From: Bacteroidales bacterium
GTDB lineage: Bacteria; Bacteroidota; Bacteroidia; Bacteroidales; JBBRXJ01
Direction: 5' to 3'
NCBI GenBank assembly: GCA_038248505.1
Contig: JBBRXJ010000005.1
Coordinates: 1 to 61,337, forward strand
DNA: 61,337 nt
In this document: one piece after another, positions 9,292-18,825 of the stretch
Numbering within the stretch: position 1 is the stretch's first letter
Layout: the number at the start of each line of letters is the position of its first letter
Program-made: the position numbers and the translations under genes
Notes under the pieces: generated by a model
Database searches by the model: none
Seen by the model: only the letters and a program-made list of their open reading frames with translations
What the model was told of the DNA's origin: nothing

Positions 9292-9350
9292 AATTTTCAG
9301 TTCATGGTTTTAGGTTTACTCCATCCTTTCATAGGGATGGAGTTTCTTAT
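9292..9350 (+). ncRNA. Candidate sRNA, copy 3 (seed TTCATGGTTTTAGGTTTA + terminator hairpin)
   Basis: Seed at 9301-9318 is identical (18/18) to copy 1. Hairpin ACTCCATCCTT-TCAT-AGGGATGGAGT followed by TTCTTATTTT. Confidence 0.55.
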
Positions 9351-9364
9351 TTTATATCGCAGCC

Positions 9365-10744
9365 CTATCTTCCGTAATAGCTGAATTTTTGGCTTTTGCT
9401 GGCAATTGTTCTAAATGAAACAGAGTCTCCTTCAAATTCTAATTTTGTAACCATAGTGTAGGATTTATTCCATTCATTAGAAGGTTTAATATGCAACCAA
9501 CCTTTATCCCAGTCAGAATACCCACCAATATATTTCCATTCCAGTGTTTTGCTTTTGTTGAGTTGAGTAATCCTTTTAGGGATTGAATTTGTTCCCTTTA
9601 ACACCAAGTAATTAGTTGGTATATCGTATGAAAATAGATAGAGAACGCTTCCTTTGCGTGTTACGGCACCATTAAAATATCCAGCAGCTAAAGCCGCTTT
9701 GCTACTAAAAATAGCTTCTGAATTTTCGTTTACCCACTTACCAAAGCGCTCTAAAGTATCGAGTTGGTTCTTCGGTATCGTTCCATCTGCATCAGGTGCA
9801 ACATTGAGCAGCATATTTCCTCCCATGCCAATTACATCGCAAAAAGTGCGTACTAAATAGCTTACTGGTTTTATATTTGTATTTGCTCCTGCTTTACCCC
9901 AACCGTCACCTGGAGTAATGCATAACTCCCACCAATCACCTCTATCCTGCAAGGGTACAATTTGTTCAGGTGTTCCGTAATGGCCTAAATTTTTATGTCT
10001 TAATCTATTATTTATTACTGCATCGGGTTGTAGTGAGTCAATCATTTTGGCAAGTTTTATACTCTTCCATTGCTCAGCACTGCGCTCCCAATCGCCATCA
10101 AACCAAAAGAGATCAACTTTACCATAGGCGCTACATAAATGACGAACCTCTTTGAACATTTGTTTTACAAAAAGATTCCATTTTACGGTATCCGTTTCAT
10201 TTGAGTATGCACGTTCTTTGCAATCCTTTTTACCTTCAGGACATTTAATGCTCGCATAGTTTGGGTTTGTCCAATCGGGTAAGCTGAAATAAAAACCTAC
10301 ACGTATTCCCTCAGCACGTAATGCTTCAACATATTCTATCAACAAATCGCGGCCAGCTGGTGATGCCTTAGTAGCGCTGAATTTATGACCCTCACAATCG
10401 AAGAGTGAAAAACCAATATGATGTTTAGTGGTTAGCACAACATATTTTGCTCCTGTATTTTTAAAAAGTTTGGCCCATTCTTTAGGATTGTACTTTGATG
10501 CTGTAAATAGTGAAGCTGATTTACGTGCAGATTCATTAAGGCTCATACTATCTGTTTTTTCTTTATTAGCATCGGGCAACAACCAATGAACAAAAATTCC
10601 TAATTTGGCTTCGGGAAACCATTTAACACCAACACGAGAGGTATCTGAATGAAATGTTTCTTCAGCGATCTCAACTTTTGTTGATTCTTGTTTGCAGGCT
10701 TGTAATAGGCATACAGTTATTAATAATATAAAATGTATTCTCAT
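9365..10744 (-). CDS. Alpha-L-fucosidase (GH29), probable lipoprotein
   Basis: WFPEAKLGIFVHW, GAKYVVLTTKHHIGF, LFWFDG, VINNR, GGNMLLNVAP. Signal/lipobox MRIHFILLITVCLLQAC from the ATG at 10744 (ORF track extends to 10768). Confidence 0.92.
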   Translation of the reverse strand: MRIHFILLITVCLLQACKQESTKVEIAEETFHSDTSRVGVKWFPEAKLGIFVHWLLPDANKEKTDSMSLNESARKSASLFTASKYNPKEWAKLFKNTGAKYVVLTTKHHIGFSLFDCEGHKFSATKASPAGRDLLIEYVEALRAEGIRVGFYFSLPDWTNPNYASIKCPEGKKDCKERAYSNETDTVKWNLFVKQMFKEVRHLCSAYGKVDLFWFDGDWERSAEQWKSIKLAKMIDSLQPDAVINNRLRHKNLGHYGTPEQIVPLQDRGDWWELCITPGDGWGKAGANTNIKPVSYLVRTFCDVIGMGGNMLLNVAPDADGTIPKNQLDTLERFGKWVNENSEAIFSSKAALAAGYFNGAVTRKGSVLYLFSYDIPTNYLVLKGTNSIPKRITQLNKSKTLEWKYIGGYSDWDKGWLHIKPSNEWNKSYTMVTKLEFEGDSVSFRTIASKSQKFSYYGR

Positions 10745-10751
10745 TGATTTA

Positions 10752-11579
10752 TTAATTAAAAAACTCAATTATAATTTTATTTACAATACTTGATCGTTCT
10801 TGAATGACGGAGTGCCTGGCTGAAGGAATGATACATAACTGTGCTTTTTTACCAATCATTTTATACATTTTAATTAAATGATCAATTTTTACGATATCGT
10901 GATCGCCTCCTGCAATTAAAACAGGAATTGTAATTTGTTGAAGTTTATCCATTTCAATATATGGATCGCGAAGCCACATTTCTCGTGTTTTTATTACAAA
11001 ATTATCGGCGTTTGAAACCTGTGGATTTGTTTTCTTGTATTGCTGTATAAAACTATTTTTTGATGCTGGAGACATATTTTTAGCACTCTCAATGACTGAT
11101 GGAATTAAACCATCAAGGCTTGCATTAGCACCAAATACAGCAATCTTTTTAATCTTAGTTTCAGTTGCTGCTAAATGCAATGCTAGAATACCGCCATCAC
11201 TCCATCCAAAAATATATACACTATCTAAATTCATTTTTGTGATGAGTATTCGAATATCATTTGCCATTTGATCGTAAGCATGAAAGTTGCCCGCATCAGT
11301 TGATCTGCCATGACCGCGATAGTCAATAGCAATAACTTTGTATTTTTTTGAAAGCGCTGGAATGTTAAAACGAAGATCACTGATAGATCCCATGCCTCCG
11401 TGTAATACAATTAATGGTGCCCCTGTGCCATAGATTTCACAATATAAATCAACTTCACCTGTACTAACATAAAAGGATGCATCACTATTTGATCCATAAT
11501 TTATTTGCTTCTGTGCGGATAGTTGTGTGAAGAAAGCTATTGTAGAATACAGTAAAATGAATCGTAATTTTATATACAT
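10752..11579 (-). CDS. Secreted alpha/beta-fold hydrolase
   Basis: Signal peptide; VLHGG, DYRGHGRS, GWSDGG nucleophile elbow, GGDHD. Confidence 0.9.
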   Translation of the reverse strand: MYIKLRFILLYSTIAFFTQLSAQKQINYGSNSDASFYVSTGEVDLYCEIYGTGAPLIVLHGGMGSISDLRFNIPALSKKYKVIAIDYRGHGRSTDAGNFHAYDQMANDIRILITKMNLDSVYIFGWSDGGILALHLAATETKIKKIAVFGANASLDGLIPSVIESAKNMSPASKNSFIQQYKKTNPQVSNADNFVIKTREMWLRDPYIEMDKLQQITIPVLIAGGDHDIVKIDHLIKMYKMIGKKAQLCIIPSARHSVIQERSSIVNKIIIEFFN

Positions 11580-11728
11580 CTCTTGTTATATAGTTGATTT
11601 ATGAGTAAATGTATAAAATAATTTGGTCTAATTATTTACTTATTCTTCTTTATTTATCGAAGCATATCGTATAATAAACAGCATTATTAAATCTGTAATG
11701 CACATATAATTAGACCTATATCATTTAT

Positions 11729-11759
11729 TAGTCGTTTACAAACGAATACAAAACGACTA
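11729..11759. promoter_or_regulatory. Nested palindromic operator-like site upstream of ssb
   Basis: TAGTCGTTT...AAACGACTA outer inverted repeat with inner TCGTTT-AC-AAACGA, ~40 nt upstream of the -7 box TATGTTTG (11798-11805). Confidence 0.5.
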
Positions 11760-11876
11760 CAAATATTTATTAACCGTATCCCCTTGGTTGCTGAATGTAT
11801 GTTTGCATTGTGGTTAACGACAAAGCCATTTGGCAATTTTTAAAATAAAATTTTATAACATTTAAAACAAATTATC

Positions 11877-12236
11877 ATGACAACTTTAAGAAACAGAGTA
11901 CAACTCATCGGAAACTTAGGTATGAATCCTGAAGTAAAAGAATTCGGAAACAGAAAAATGTCACGTTTTTCATTAGCAACGAATGAAAAATTTAAAGATC
12001 AAAAAGGCAATATAACAGAGCGTACCAGTTGGCATACTTTGGTTGCATGGGGTAGTGTTGCTGAACTAAGCTCTCGTTTACTTAGCAAGGGATGTGAAGT
12101 AGCTGTTGAAGGCAAATTAAATCATCGCTCATATGATAAGAACGGAGTGAAGCAATATATTACTGAAATTATTATGTCAGACTTTAAATTAATGACACGC
12201 AAAACCGTTGAACCTAGTAATGAAATGCCGTTTTAA
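11877..12236 (+). CDS. ssb: Single-stranded DNA-binding protein
   Basis: NRVQLIGNLGMNPE, FSLATNE, WHTLVAWG, KGCEVAVEGKL; C-terminal tail ends EMPF. Confidence 0.95.
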   Translation: MTTLRNRVQLIGNLGMNPEVKEFGNRKMSRFSLATNEKFKDQKGNITERTSWHTLVAWGSVAELSSRLLSKGCEVAVEGKLNHRSYDKNGVKQYITEIIMSDFKLMTRKTVEPSNEMPF

Positions 12237-12254
12237 TCTTTAAAAACATGAATG

Positions 12255-12285
12255 AAAAAGCTTAGCTAAATGCTAGGCTTTTTTT
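12255..12285 (+). terminator. Rho-independent terminator after ssb
   Basis: AAAAAGCTTAGC-TAAAT-GCTAGGCTTTTTTT. Confidence 0.85.
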
Positions 12286-12607
12286 ATTTTGATTAACCCC
12301 AATTATACTCTCCAAAAATTATAAATATTTTAAATAGGTATAATCAAATGAATTTAAATCTCATTTATACTTTAGAAGTGAAACGCAAAATTCTTGTGAC
12401 TTGTTTAAGTCCGTGGGTATTGCGATTAATCCCTATTAAACGCAGTGGACTAGGGTTAAATATTGCAGTGACTCGTAAAAATAATTTTAACTCACCCGAT
12501 TTTAACCCTTTTTTTATTGCGAATGCAAAGAGAGAGTATGGGAGTAATATTTTATATGATTAAATTTTTTTTGATACATATTTAGGCTTGTCAATTTATG
12601 TAATTGA

Positions 12608-13339
12608 TCAGAAAAATGAAAGTTGAGACGTTTCAGGCAATTTAACTTGTTGAAGTTCGTTTTTACGGAATACGTAAGTAATTCCATAGTTTTCGCAACT
12701 CTTGCGACGTTCTTCATCAGGCATATCTTTGAAAGATTGTTCCACCTCATTCCAAATACTTAAAATAATTTGATCCGCTTCTGCTCTTAATGCTGCTAGA
12801 TTATCGAGCGATCGTTTATTGTCCTTTTGAAGTGTTTTTTGAAAACGATAGGCATCAACAAATTTTTCGTATCGAACACGAACTATGGCAGCTGTTGGAT
12901 TTGTAACCGCTGGCAATCCTATATTACGACGCGCATCTTCCCCTTTAAGAATTCGTTCGCCCCATTCAATTACACTTGCTTCTGAATTTAGTAAGGGGGT
13001 TTTCATATCATTCTCGTCAATGCCAAAATAGCTTCGGTTCGATGGCTGTAACTCGCCTCGTGTTATAGCCATATTTAGCACTTGAATAAAATGAGATATA
13101 TATAAACGAATTCGCTTTAGTGCTTGAATATATTCTTTGCTTCTTTTTACTTGATTAAGATAGGTTCCTTTATATTCGATTAAGGCTTTTTCATAATTAT
13201 GTAAAAAGCCATGTATAAGGCGTAGGGTCGATTGTTCAAAAGCCAGTTTAAAAGGAGGTAGCTCACGGCCTATATCAAATGCAGTTTTCAAAGCTTTTAG
13301 TCGTGCCTGATCTGTGTTAGGTAGTCTTCTGTAAGGCAT
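12608..13339 (-). CDS. Conserved Bacteroidota hypothetical protein (MPYRRLPNTD family), helical
   Basis: 243-aa ORF from the ATG at 13339 beginning MPYRRLPNTDQARLKAL, an N-terminus I recognise from Bacteroidales hypotheticals. The ORF track extends to 13435. Confidence 0.8.
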   Translation of the reverse strand: MPYRRLPNTDQARLKALKTAFDIGRELPPFKLAFEQSTLRLIHGFLHNYEKALIEYKGTYLNQVKRSKEYIQALKRIRLYISHFIQVLNMAITRGELQPSNRSYFGIDENDMKTPLLNSEASVIEWGERILKGEDARRNIGLPAVTNPTAAIVRVRYEKFVDAYRFQKTLQKDNKRSLDNLAALRAEADQIILSIWNEVEQSFKDMPDEERRKSCENYGITYVFRKNELQQVKLPETSQLSFF

Positions 13340-13600
13340 AGGCGGCTTGTTAATTAGTTGTTGATAACTTGTTCGATTGCGAATATACATAGAAATATGA
13401 AAATACGACCACCATTCGTAGTCTTTTTTTATCACCCTATCACTCTAATTACTGTAATTGGCTTGTTGAAATCGTCTAAAAGCGTTATTTTTACTATATA
13501 AAAGTATATAACAGTTCTGCTAAAGATCAATTTAAGGGCAATTGGTTGGTCTATTGCTCTTTTATCGGGTAAAATGATAAATCGAATATATATTAAGTAC

Positions 13601-14887
13601 ATGAAATACACCAAAATAGACAGTATTTTTTTTATAAACAATCGTTTTGCTCTTATTAAAAAGATGAGAGCTAATTCAATTGCTATACTTCATTCAAATG
13701 ATGAAATGCCTCGTAATGGGGATTTAACTTTTCCGTTTCGTCAGAATTCGGATTTTTTCTATTTAACTGGCATTAATCAGGAAAAAAGTATTCTTATACT
13801 TATTCCATCTGAGGCGGATGTAAAAAAGCGATCGGTTCTTTTTATTTTGAAATCAGATAAGCATACCGAAACATGGCAAGGGCATAAACTCACTAGATCT
13901 GAAGCAGCTACTATTAGTGGTATTGATGAGGTACATTATATTGATGAATTTGATAAGTATCTTGATATTAAAATAGAAAGTTGTAGTACTATTTATTACA
14001 ATCGTAATGAAAATACCCGTTATTCATCAGATGTGCCATATAGGGATATACGGATGCAAACAGAAATTAAGAATAAATATCCGAATTTTATTTTTGAATC
14101 TATAGCGCCCTTACTCTCAGCATTGCGTATTATTAAAAGTAATATAGAAGTAGCGCTCATAAAGGAAGCATGTAATATCACACAGAAGGCATTTTTACAA
14201 GCAATAAAAGTTGTAAAGCCTGGCACATGGGAATATGAGGTGGAAGCAGAAATAGCGTCAGCCTTTATTCGAAATCGTGCTAATGGTTCTTCTTTTGAAT
14301 CCATTATTGCATCGGGGAAAAATGCCTGCGTTTTGCATTATGGCAGCAATAATTCACAATGTAAAGAGGGCGATTTGTTAATGATGGATTTTGGTGCAGA
14401 ATATGCAAACTATGCGGGTGATTGTAGCCGAACAGTTCCTATAAATGGACGATTTACAAAACGTCAGCGCGCCTTATATGATGCAACTTTACGTGTAATG
14501 AAGCATGCAATGTTATTAATAGTTTCCGGAACAACAATTAATGAGTATCATAAAAAAGTGTGTCGCTTGTGGGAAGAGGAGCATATAGGCTTGGGTTTAT
14601 ATTCGGCAGCCGAGGTAGCAAAACAAGCTCCCGAGCATCCTTTATACCAACGTTATTACATGCATGGAACTTCTCATTATATTGGTATTGATGTGCATGA
14701 TGTAGGGAGTAAAGATCAGATTTTGGAACCAGGCATGGTTGTTAGCCTTGAACCAGGTATTTATATTAAAGAGGAAGGCATTGGTATTCGGCTTGAGAAT
14801 GTAATTCTTATTGGTGAAATAGGAGCGATTAATTTGATGGAGAACATACCCATTGAAGCGGAAGAGATTGAAATTTTGATGAGGTGA
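13601..14887 (+). CDS. pepP: Xaa-Pro aminopeptidase (M24B)
   Basis: FRQNSDFFYLTGI, LHY, DFGAEYANYAGDCSRT, HGTSHYIGIDVHDVG, EPGIY, GIRLEN. ATG at 13601 preferred (ORF track 13574). Confidence 0.92.
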   Translation: MKYTKIDSIFFINNRFALIKKMRANSIAILHSNDEMPRNGDLTFPFRQNSDFFYLTGINQEKSILILIPSEADVKKRSVLFILKSDKHTETWQGHKLTRSEAATISGIDEVHYIDEFDKYLDIKIESCSTIYYNRNENTRYSSDVPYRDIRMQTEIKNKYPNFIFESIAPLLSALRIIKSNIEVALIKEACNITQKAFLQAIKVVKPGTWEYEVEAEIASAFIRNRANGSSFESIIASGKNACVLHYGSNNSQCKEGDLLMMDFGAEYANYAGDCSRTVPINGRFTKRQRALYDATLRVMKHAMLLIVSGTTINEYHKKVCRLWEEEHIGLGLYSAAEVAKQAPEHPLYQRYYMHGTSHYIGIDVHDVGSKDQILEPGMVVSLEPGIYIKEEGIGIRLENVILIGEIGAINLMENIPIEAEEIEILMR

Positions 14888-14952
14888 TTTTTACCAAAAT
14901 AATTATGAGAATATAAAGGGTTTTATTTTTTAATTTAGCCAAAAAATAAATT

Positions 14953-15759
14953 TTGATGAGTGTAATGATAAAAACAATTAATTTCAGAACAACTAGATTA
15001 CGTTACAAAACTAGTGGAAATGGTAAAGACCTAATATTACTTCATGGTTATTTGGAGAGCATTGAAATATGGGATAACATATTTGATGACCTCTCAAAAT
15101 TATATCGAGTAACGGCTATTGATTTACTCGGGCATGGTGAATCTGGAATTGTTGATGAGAAAAGCAGCATGGAACTTATGGCGGAAGCTGTGAAATCTGT
15201 TCTTGATGCGGAAGGTATTACCCATTGTATTGTTTTAGGACACAGCATGGGAGGATATGTGATGTTTGCATTGGCTGAAATGTATAAGGAACTTATGGAT
15301 GGTTTAATCATATATCATTCCATTTGTACTGCCGATCCTGAGGAGCGAAAGGCCATACGAATAAAAACTATTAATGATTTGAAAGATGGAATGAGGGAGG
15401 AGATTGTTCGTGCATTTATTCCCAAAACATTTGCAGCAGAAAATGTAATTCTTTTCACAGAAGCAATATCAATGAGCACTAAAAACTCATTACGCATGAG
15501 TGAAGAGTCTATTATTGCTACACTGCGAGGTATTATGGAGCGAGCAAATCGTTGTAGTGTTATTCAAAATTCAAGCATCCCAATTCTTTCTGTGATTGGT
15601 GTAAAAGATTTATTTATTTCATTCGAAGTCTCAAATAGTCAGGCTGAACTATCTAATAACGTTCAGAAATTGATTCTCGAAAATACAGGCCACATGGGAC
15701 ATATTGAAGAAAAGATCAATTTTTTGAACGGAATAGTTTCGTTTATAAATACTATATGA
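14953..15759 (+). CDS. Alpha/beta-fold hydrolase
   Basis: LLHGYLES, DLLGHGES, GHSMGG, GH near the C-terminus. Confidence 0.9.
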   Translation: MMSVMIKTINFRTTRLRYKTSGNGKDLILLHGYLESIEIWDNIFDDLSKLYRVTAIDLLGHGESGIVDEKSSMELMAEAVKSVLDAEGITHCIVLGHSMGGYVMFALAEMYKELMDGLIIYHSICTADPEERKAIRIKTINDLKDGMREEIVRAFIPKTFAAENVILFTEAISMSTKNSLRMSEESIIATLRGIMERANRCSVIQNSSIPILSVIGVKDLFISFEVSNSQAELSNNVQKLILENTGHMGHIEEKINFLNGIVSFINTI

Positions 15760-16106
15760 TAATCTGAGCTATAATCAATATTTGCTTAGATAAATAGTTA
15801 ATTTTATAATATTTGGCTATAATAAAACGTTTATATTTTTTATTTAATTGATAATTATACCCCCCCCCTAATTTTTTACCAAAAATGATATTGAAAAATC
15901 ATTACGCTTTATTTGTTCCGGATTGGCTGAAATTCGCAATGACATTTCTGCCGCAACAATATATACATTGTACTCTTTCCCCGAGGTTTCATATTTCGTT
16001 TTTGGATTTCGCGTCATTGGGGGCTATATGCGAGTGAGTAGCTGGTTGTATTTTTGTAGGTGTAGAATAGGCAGATTGAAATTTTATTCATCTTCATTTT
16101 AAAATT

Positions 16107-16301
16107 ATGCCAATAAAAAAAGTATGGCTCGATGAGAGTGCAGATGAGTGCATCTCTTGTGGTAATTGCGAAACAGCATGTCCCGAAGTTTTTGAAGTAC
16201 CTGACAAAATGAAGGTAAAGAATGTAGATTTTAATGATTTTGAAGCAAAAATTAAGGATGCGGTTAATATCTGTCCTACAGCAGTAATAAAATATGAGTA
16301 A
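16107..16301 (+). CDS. Ferredoxin (single Fe-S cluster type)
   Basis: CISCGNCETACPEVF ... ICPTAVI. Confidence 0.9.
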   Translation: MPIKKVWLDESADECISCGNCETACPEVFEVPDKMKVKNVDFNDFEAKIKDAVNICPTAVIKYE

Positions 16302-16632
16302 AAGAATTTATCTTCAATTTTTATTGCTTTTGCTTCCATTCTATGTAAGCGCACAAAAAGTTTTTAAGGTCGATTATGAATCACAAGCCGACTTTAATGT
16401 TTTTATTGTCGATTATGAGAGTCAAGCTGATTTGTGCGTTTATTTTGTAGAATATGAGACACAGGCAAGTGCAGCGGGTTTATGGTATAAAGTGGATTAT
16501 GAAAGTCAAGCCAAGAAAAAGATATTTTTTGTGAACTACGAATCACAAGCTGATCTTAAAATATACATTGTAGATTATGCATCACAAGCAGGATGGAAAA
16601 ATAAGGAGAAACAGCATTTGTTATTTTTTTAA
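16294..16632 (+). CDS. Secreted small repeat protein (DUF6150-like, V[D/E]YESQA repeats)
   Basis: Signal peptide, then six ~13-aa repeats containing VxYxSQA. Overlaps the ferredoxin stop. Confidence 0.8.
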   Translation: MSKRIYLQFLLLLLPFYVSAQKVFKVDYESQADFNVFIVDYESQADLCVYFVEYETQASAAGLWYKVDYESQAKKKIFFVNYESQADLKIYIVDYASQAGWKNKEKQHLLFF

Positions 16633-16686
16633 CTTAAAAACAAATGGTGAATAATTGTACAGAATAAATATTTTAATAGTATATTT

Positions 16687-18315
16687 CTATTTAATTCTCA
16701 AAATACTATTGTACCTATTTTTATCTTTTAACACTTGCAATGCCTTCTGTAAGCTATTATCTATACGGCTTATAAAAGGATAGAACCCTTCGTTATCAAG
16801 AATATCTCGAGCCACGTTTGCCTTTACTTGTGCGTCAATTAAATTAAATGATTTTGCAATGTCATTTGTATTTTTAGTTACGCCATTTGCTGCTGCGTAT
16901 TCAATAAACTTATTAGTGATTGAAATGGAGTTTAAGTATTTTTCAAGACTAATATAATCTTTATAAGGTGCTAGGTCTTTACGATTTCTATCAGCAAAAT
17001 TAAATCCAAACTTATAAATTAAGCCTTTATTTGCAATCTGGCTAAAGTATTTTGTTATCTCGCTGGTATCTTGTGCAACAAAAATATCTGGAGTAATACC
17101 CCCTCCGCCGTATACCGTGCGACCTTTGATTGTTTTATAATGGGTGGTATCAGAATGTGATAGACTATCTGCATTATATAATTCCCCCTTATTGTAGCGC
17201 TCAAATAATTCGTTGTAATATTCTTCCTCGTTCTTGTATGGCTTCTGAATGCAGCGACCGGCTGGTGTGTAATAACGAGCGATAGTTAAGCGAAGTGCAG
17301 AGCCATCGCTTAATGGTATTTGTTGTTGCACTAAGCCTTTCCCGAATGAACGGCGTCCCATAATTATTGCCCGATCATTATCTTGCAATGCACCAGCAAC
17401 AATCTCGCTGGCTGAAGCGCTAAACTCGTCTATCAAAACTATTAGTGGGAGATCTGCATAGCGGCCATTAACACGAGCAAGTTCATCGCGGCGTGGGGTT
17501 ACACGGCCTTGTGTATATACAATTAAATGGTCTTTGCACAAAAAATGATTCACCATATCTATGGCCGAATTTAACAATCCTCCACCATTACTTCGGAGGT
17601 CAAGAATTAATTCTTTCATGCCTTGTTGTTCGAGCTTTGCAAGAGCATGTGCAAATTCTTCAGATGTTTTAGCGGTGAAACTACTCACTTTAATTATTGC
17701 TGTCGTTTTATTTAACAGATACGAAACATCAACACTTGTAAGAGGTATATCACCACGAATAATATCAAATTCAATTAAATCTTTTACATCGCTTCGTGCA
17801 ATGCTAACGTGTACTTTTGTATCTCTAGGTCCTTTGAGACGTTTTACAATATAATTACTGTTAAGTTTTAATCCAGCAACCACACTGTCATTAATTTTAA
17901 TAATTCGATCGCCAGCCAATATTCCAATTTTTTCAGAAGGTCCATTTGGAATTGTTTTAATAACTATTACCGTGTCATTTTGCATATTAAACTGAACGCC
18001 AATACCGCTAAATTGACCTTCAATAGACTCATTTACGGCTGAGAGATCAACGGGAGGAATGTATACAGAATGAGGATCGAGACTATCGAGCATAGCCACA
18101 ACGGCAGCTTCTTCAAGCATTGATTGTGAAACAGAGTCAACATACTCACCCATTATATAGTTGAGCACTTCGTTTATTTTTCCTTTTCCGGCGTAAATAA
18201 AATATTTATCAGCTGGTTTTTTGCGTGATATATACGAACCAAGAAGTATTCCGATTACAAGTGCTACAGAAATAATTAGTGGCAAAAGAATTTGTGTGCG
18301 ACGATTCATAATCAA
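16687..18315 (-). CDS. S41 family C-terminal processing peptidase
   Basis: LDPHSVY, FSGIGV, PDZ domain, LDLRSNGGGLL, SASASEIVAGALQD, SFGKGLVQ, GGITPDI. Confidence 0.95.
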   Translation of the reverse strand: MIMNRRTQILLPLIISVALVIGILLGSYISRKKPADKYFIYAGKGKINEVLNYIMGEYVDSVSQSMLEEAAVVAMLDSLDPHSVYIPPVDLSAVNESIEGQFSGIGVQFNMQNDTVIVIKTIPNGPSEKIGILAGDRIIKINDSVVAGLKLNSNYIVKRLKGPRDTKVHVSIARSDVKDLIEFDIIRGDIPLTSVDVSYLLNKTTAIIKVSSFTAKTSEEFAHALAKLEQQGMKELILDLRSNGGGLLNSAIDMVNHFLCKDHLIVYTQGRVTPRRDELARVNGRYADLPLIVLIDEFSASASEIVAGALQDNDRAIIMGRRSFGKGLVQQQIPLSDGSALRLTIARYYTPAGRCIQKPYKNEEEYYNELFERYNKGELYNADSLSHSDTTHYKTIKGRTVYGGGGITPDIFVAQDTSEITKYFSQIANKGLIYKFGFNFADRNRKDLAPYKDYISLEKYLNSISITNKFIEYAAANGVTKNTNDIAKSFNLIDAQVKANVARDILDNEGFYPFISRIDNSLQKALQVLKDKNRYNSILRIK

Positions 18316-18740
18316 GGTTCAATTTTTAGTATTTCAATTCCTGCTCTCTCAAGTAAACGTATGCCGTCTTCAATATGATATAAATCGTAATATACAACGC
18401 GTTTAATTCCAGCCTGAATAATTAATTTAGCACATTCAATACAAGGTGATGTGGTGATATACAAAGTAGCACCTTCGCTGCTGTTGCTTGATTTTGCTAC
18501 CTTAGTAATTGCGTTTGCTTCGGCATGTAACACATAGGGTTTTGTTTTGCCATGCTCATCTTCACAAATATTTTCGAAGCCCGATGGTGTTCCGTTATAG
18601 CCATCAGAGATTATCATCTTATCTTTTACGATGAGTGCACCTACCTGTCGTCTTTGGCAATACGAGTTCTTAGCCCATATTTGTGCCATTTCGATATAGC
18701 GTTTGTCGAACTGAGATTGTTTGCTGCCGTAGGGGTCCAT
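18312..18740 (-). CDS. dCMP deaminase family protein
   Basis: SYCQRRQVGA, GYNGTPSG, HAEANAI, SPCIECAK. Confidence 0.93.
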   Translation of the reverse strand: MDPYGSKQSQFDKRYIEMAQIWAKNSYCQRRQVGALIVKDKMIISDGYNGTPSGFENICEDEHGKTKPYVLHAEANAITKVAKSSNSSEGATLYITTSPCIECAKLIIQAGIKRVVYYDLYHIEDGIRLLERAGIEILKIEP

Positions 18741-18777
18741 GTTTTGTTGATAAGTTGATACTTTGTTGAGATTAGAA

Positions 18778-18802
18778 GCATCTCGTATTATACACGAGAT
18801 GC
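18778..18802. terminator. Hairpin after the PfkB gene (possible terminator or processing stem)
   Basis: GCATCTCGT-ATTATAC-ACGAGATGC; the U-tract on the minus strand is weak. Confidence 0.5.
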
Positions 18803-18825
18803 CTTTATTTCCTTAAACTTTTATA

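Noticed and set aside
15860-16037. C9 homopolymer and a following 50-codon ORF upstream of the ferredoxin
   Set aside because: The tract is outside any coding region and not clearly inside a promoter, and the ORF has no recognisable features; no support for phase variation.
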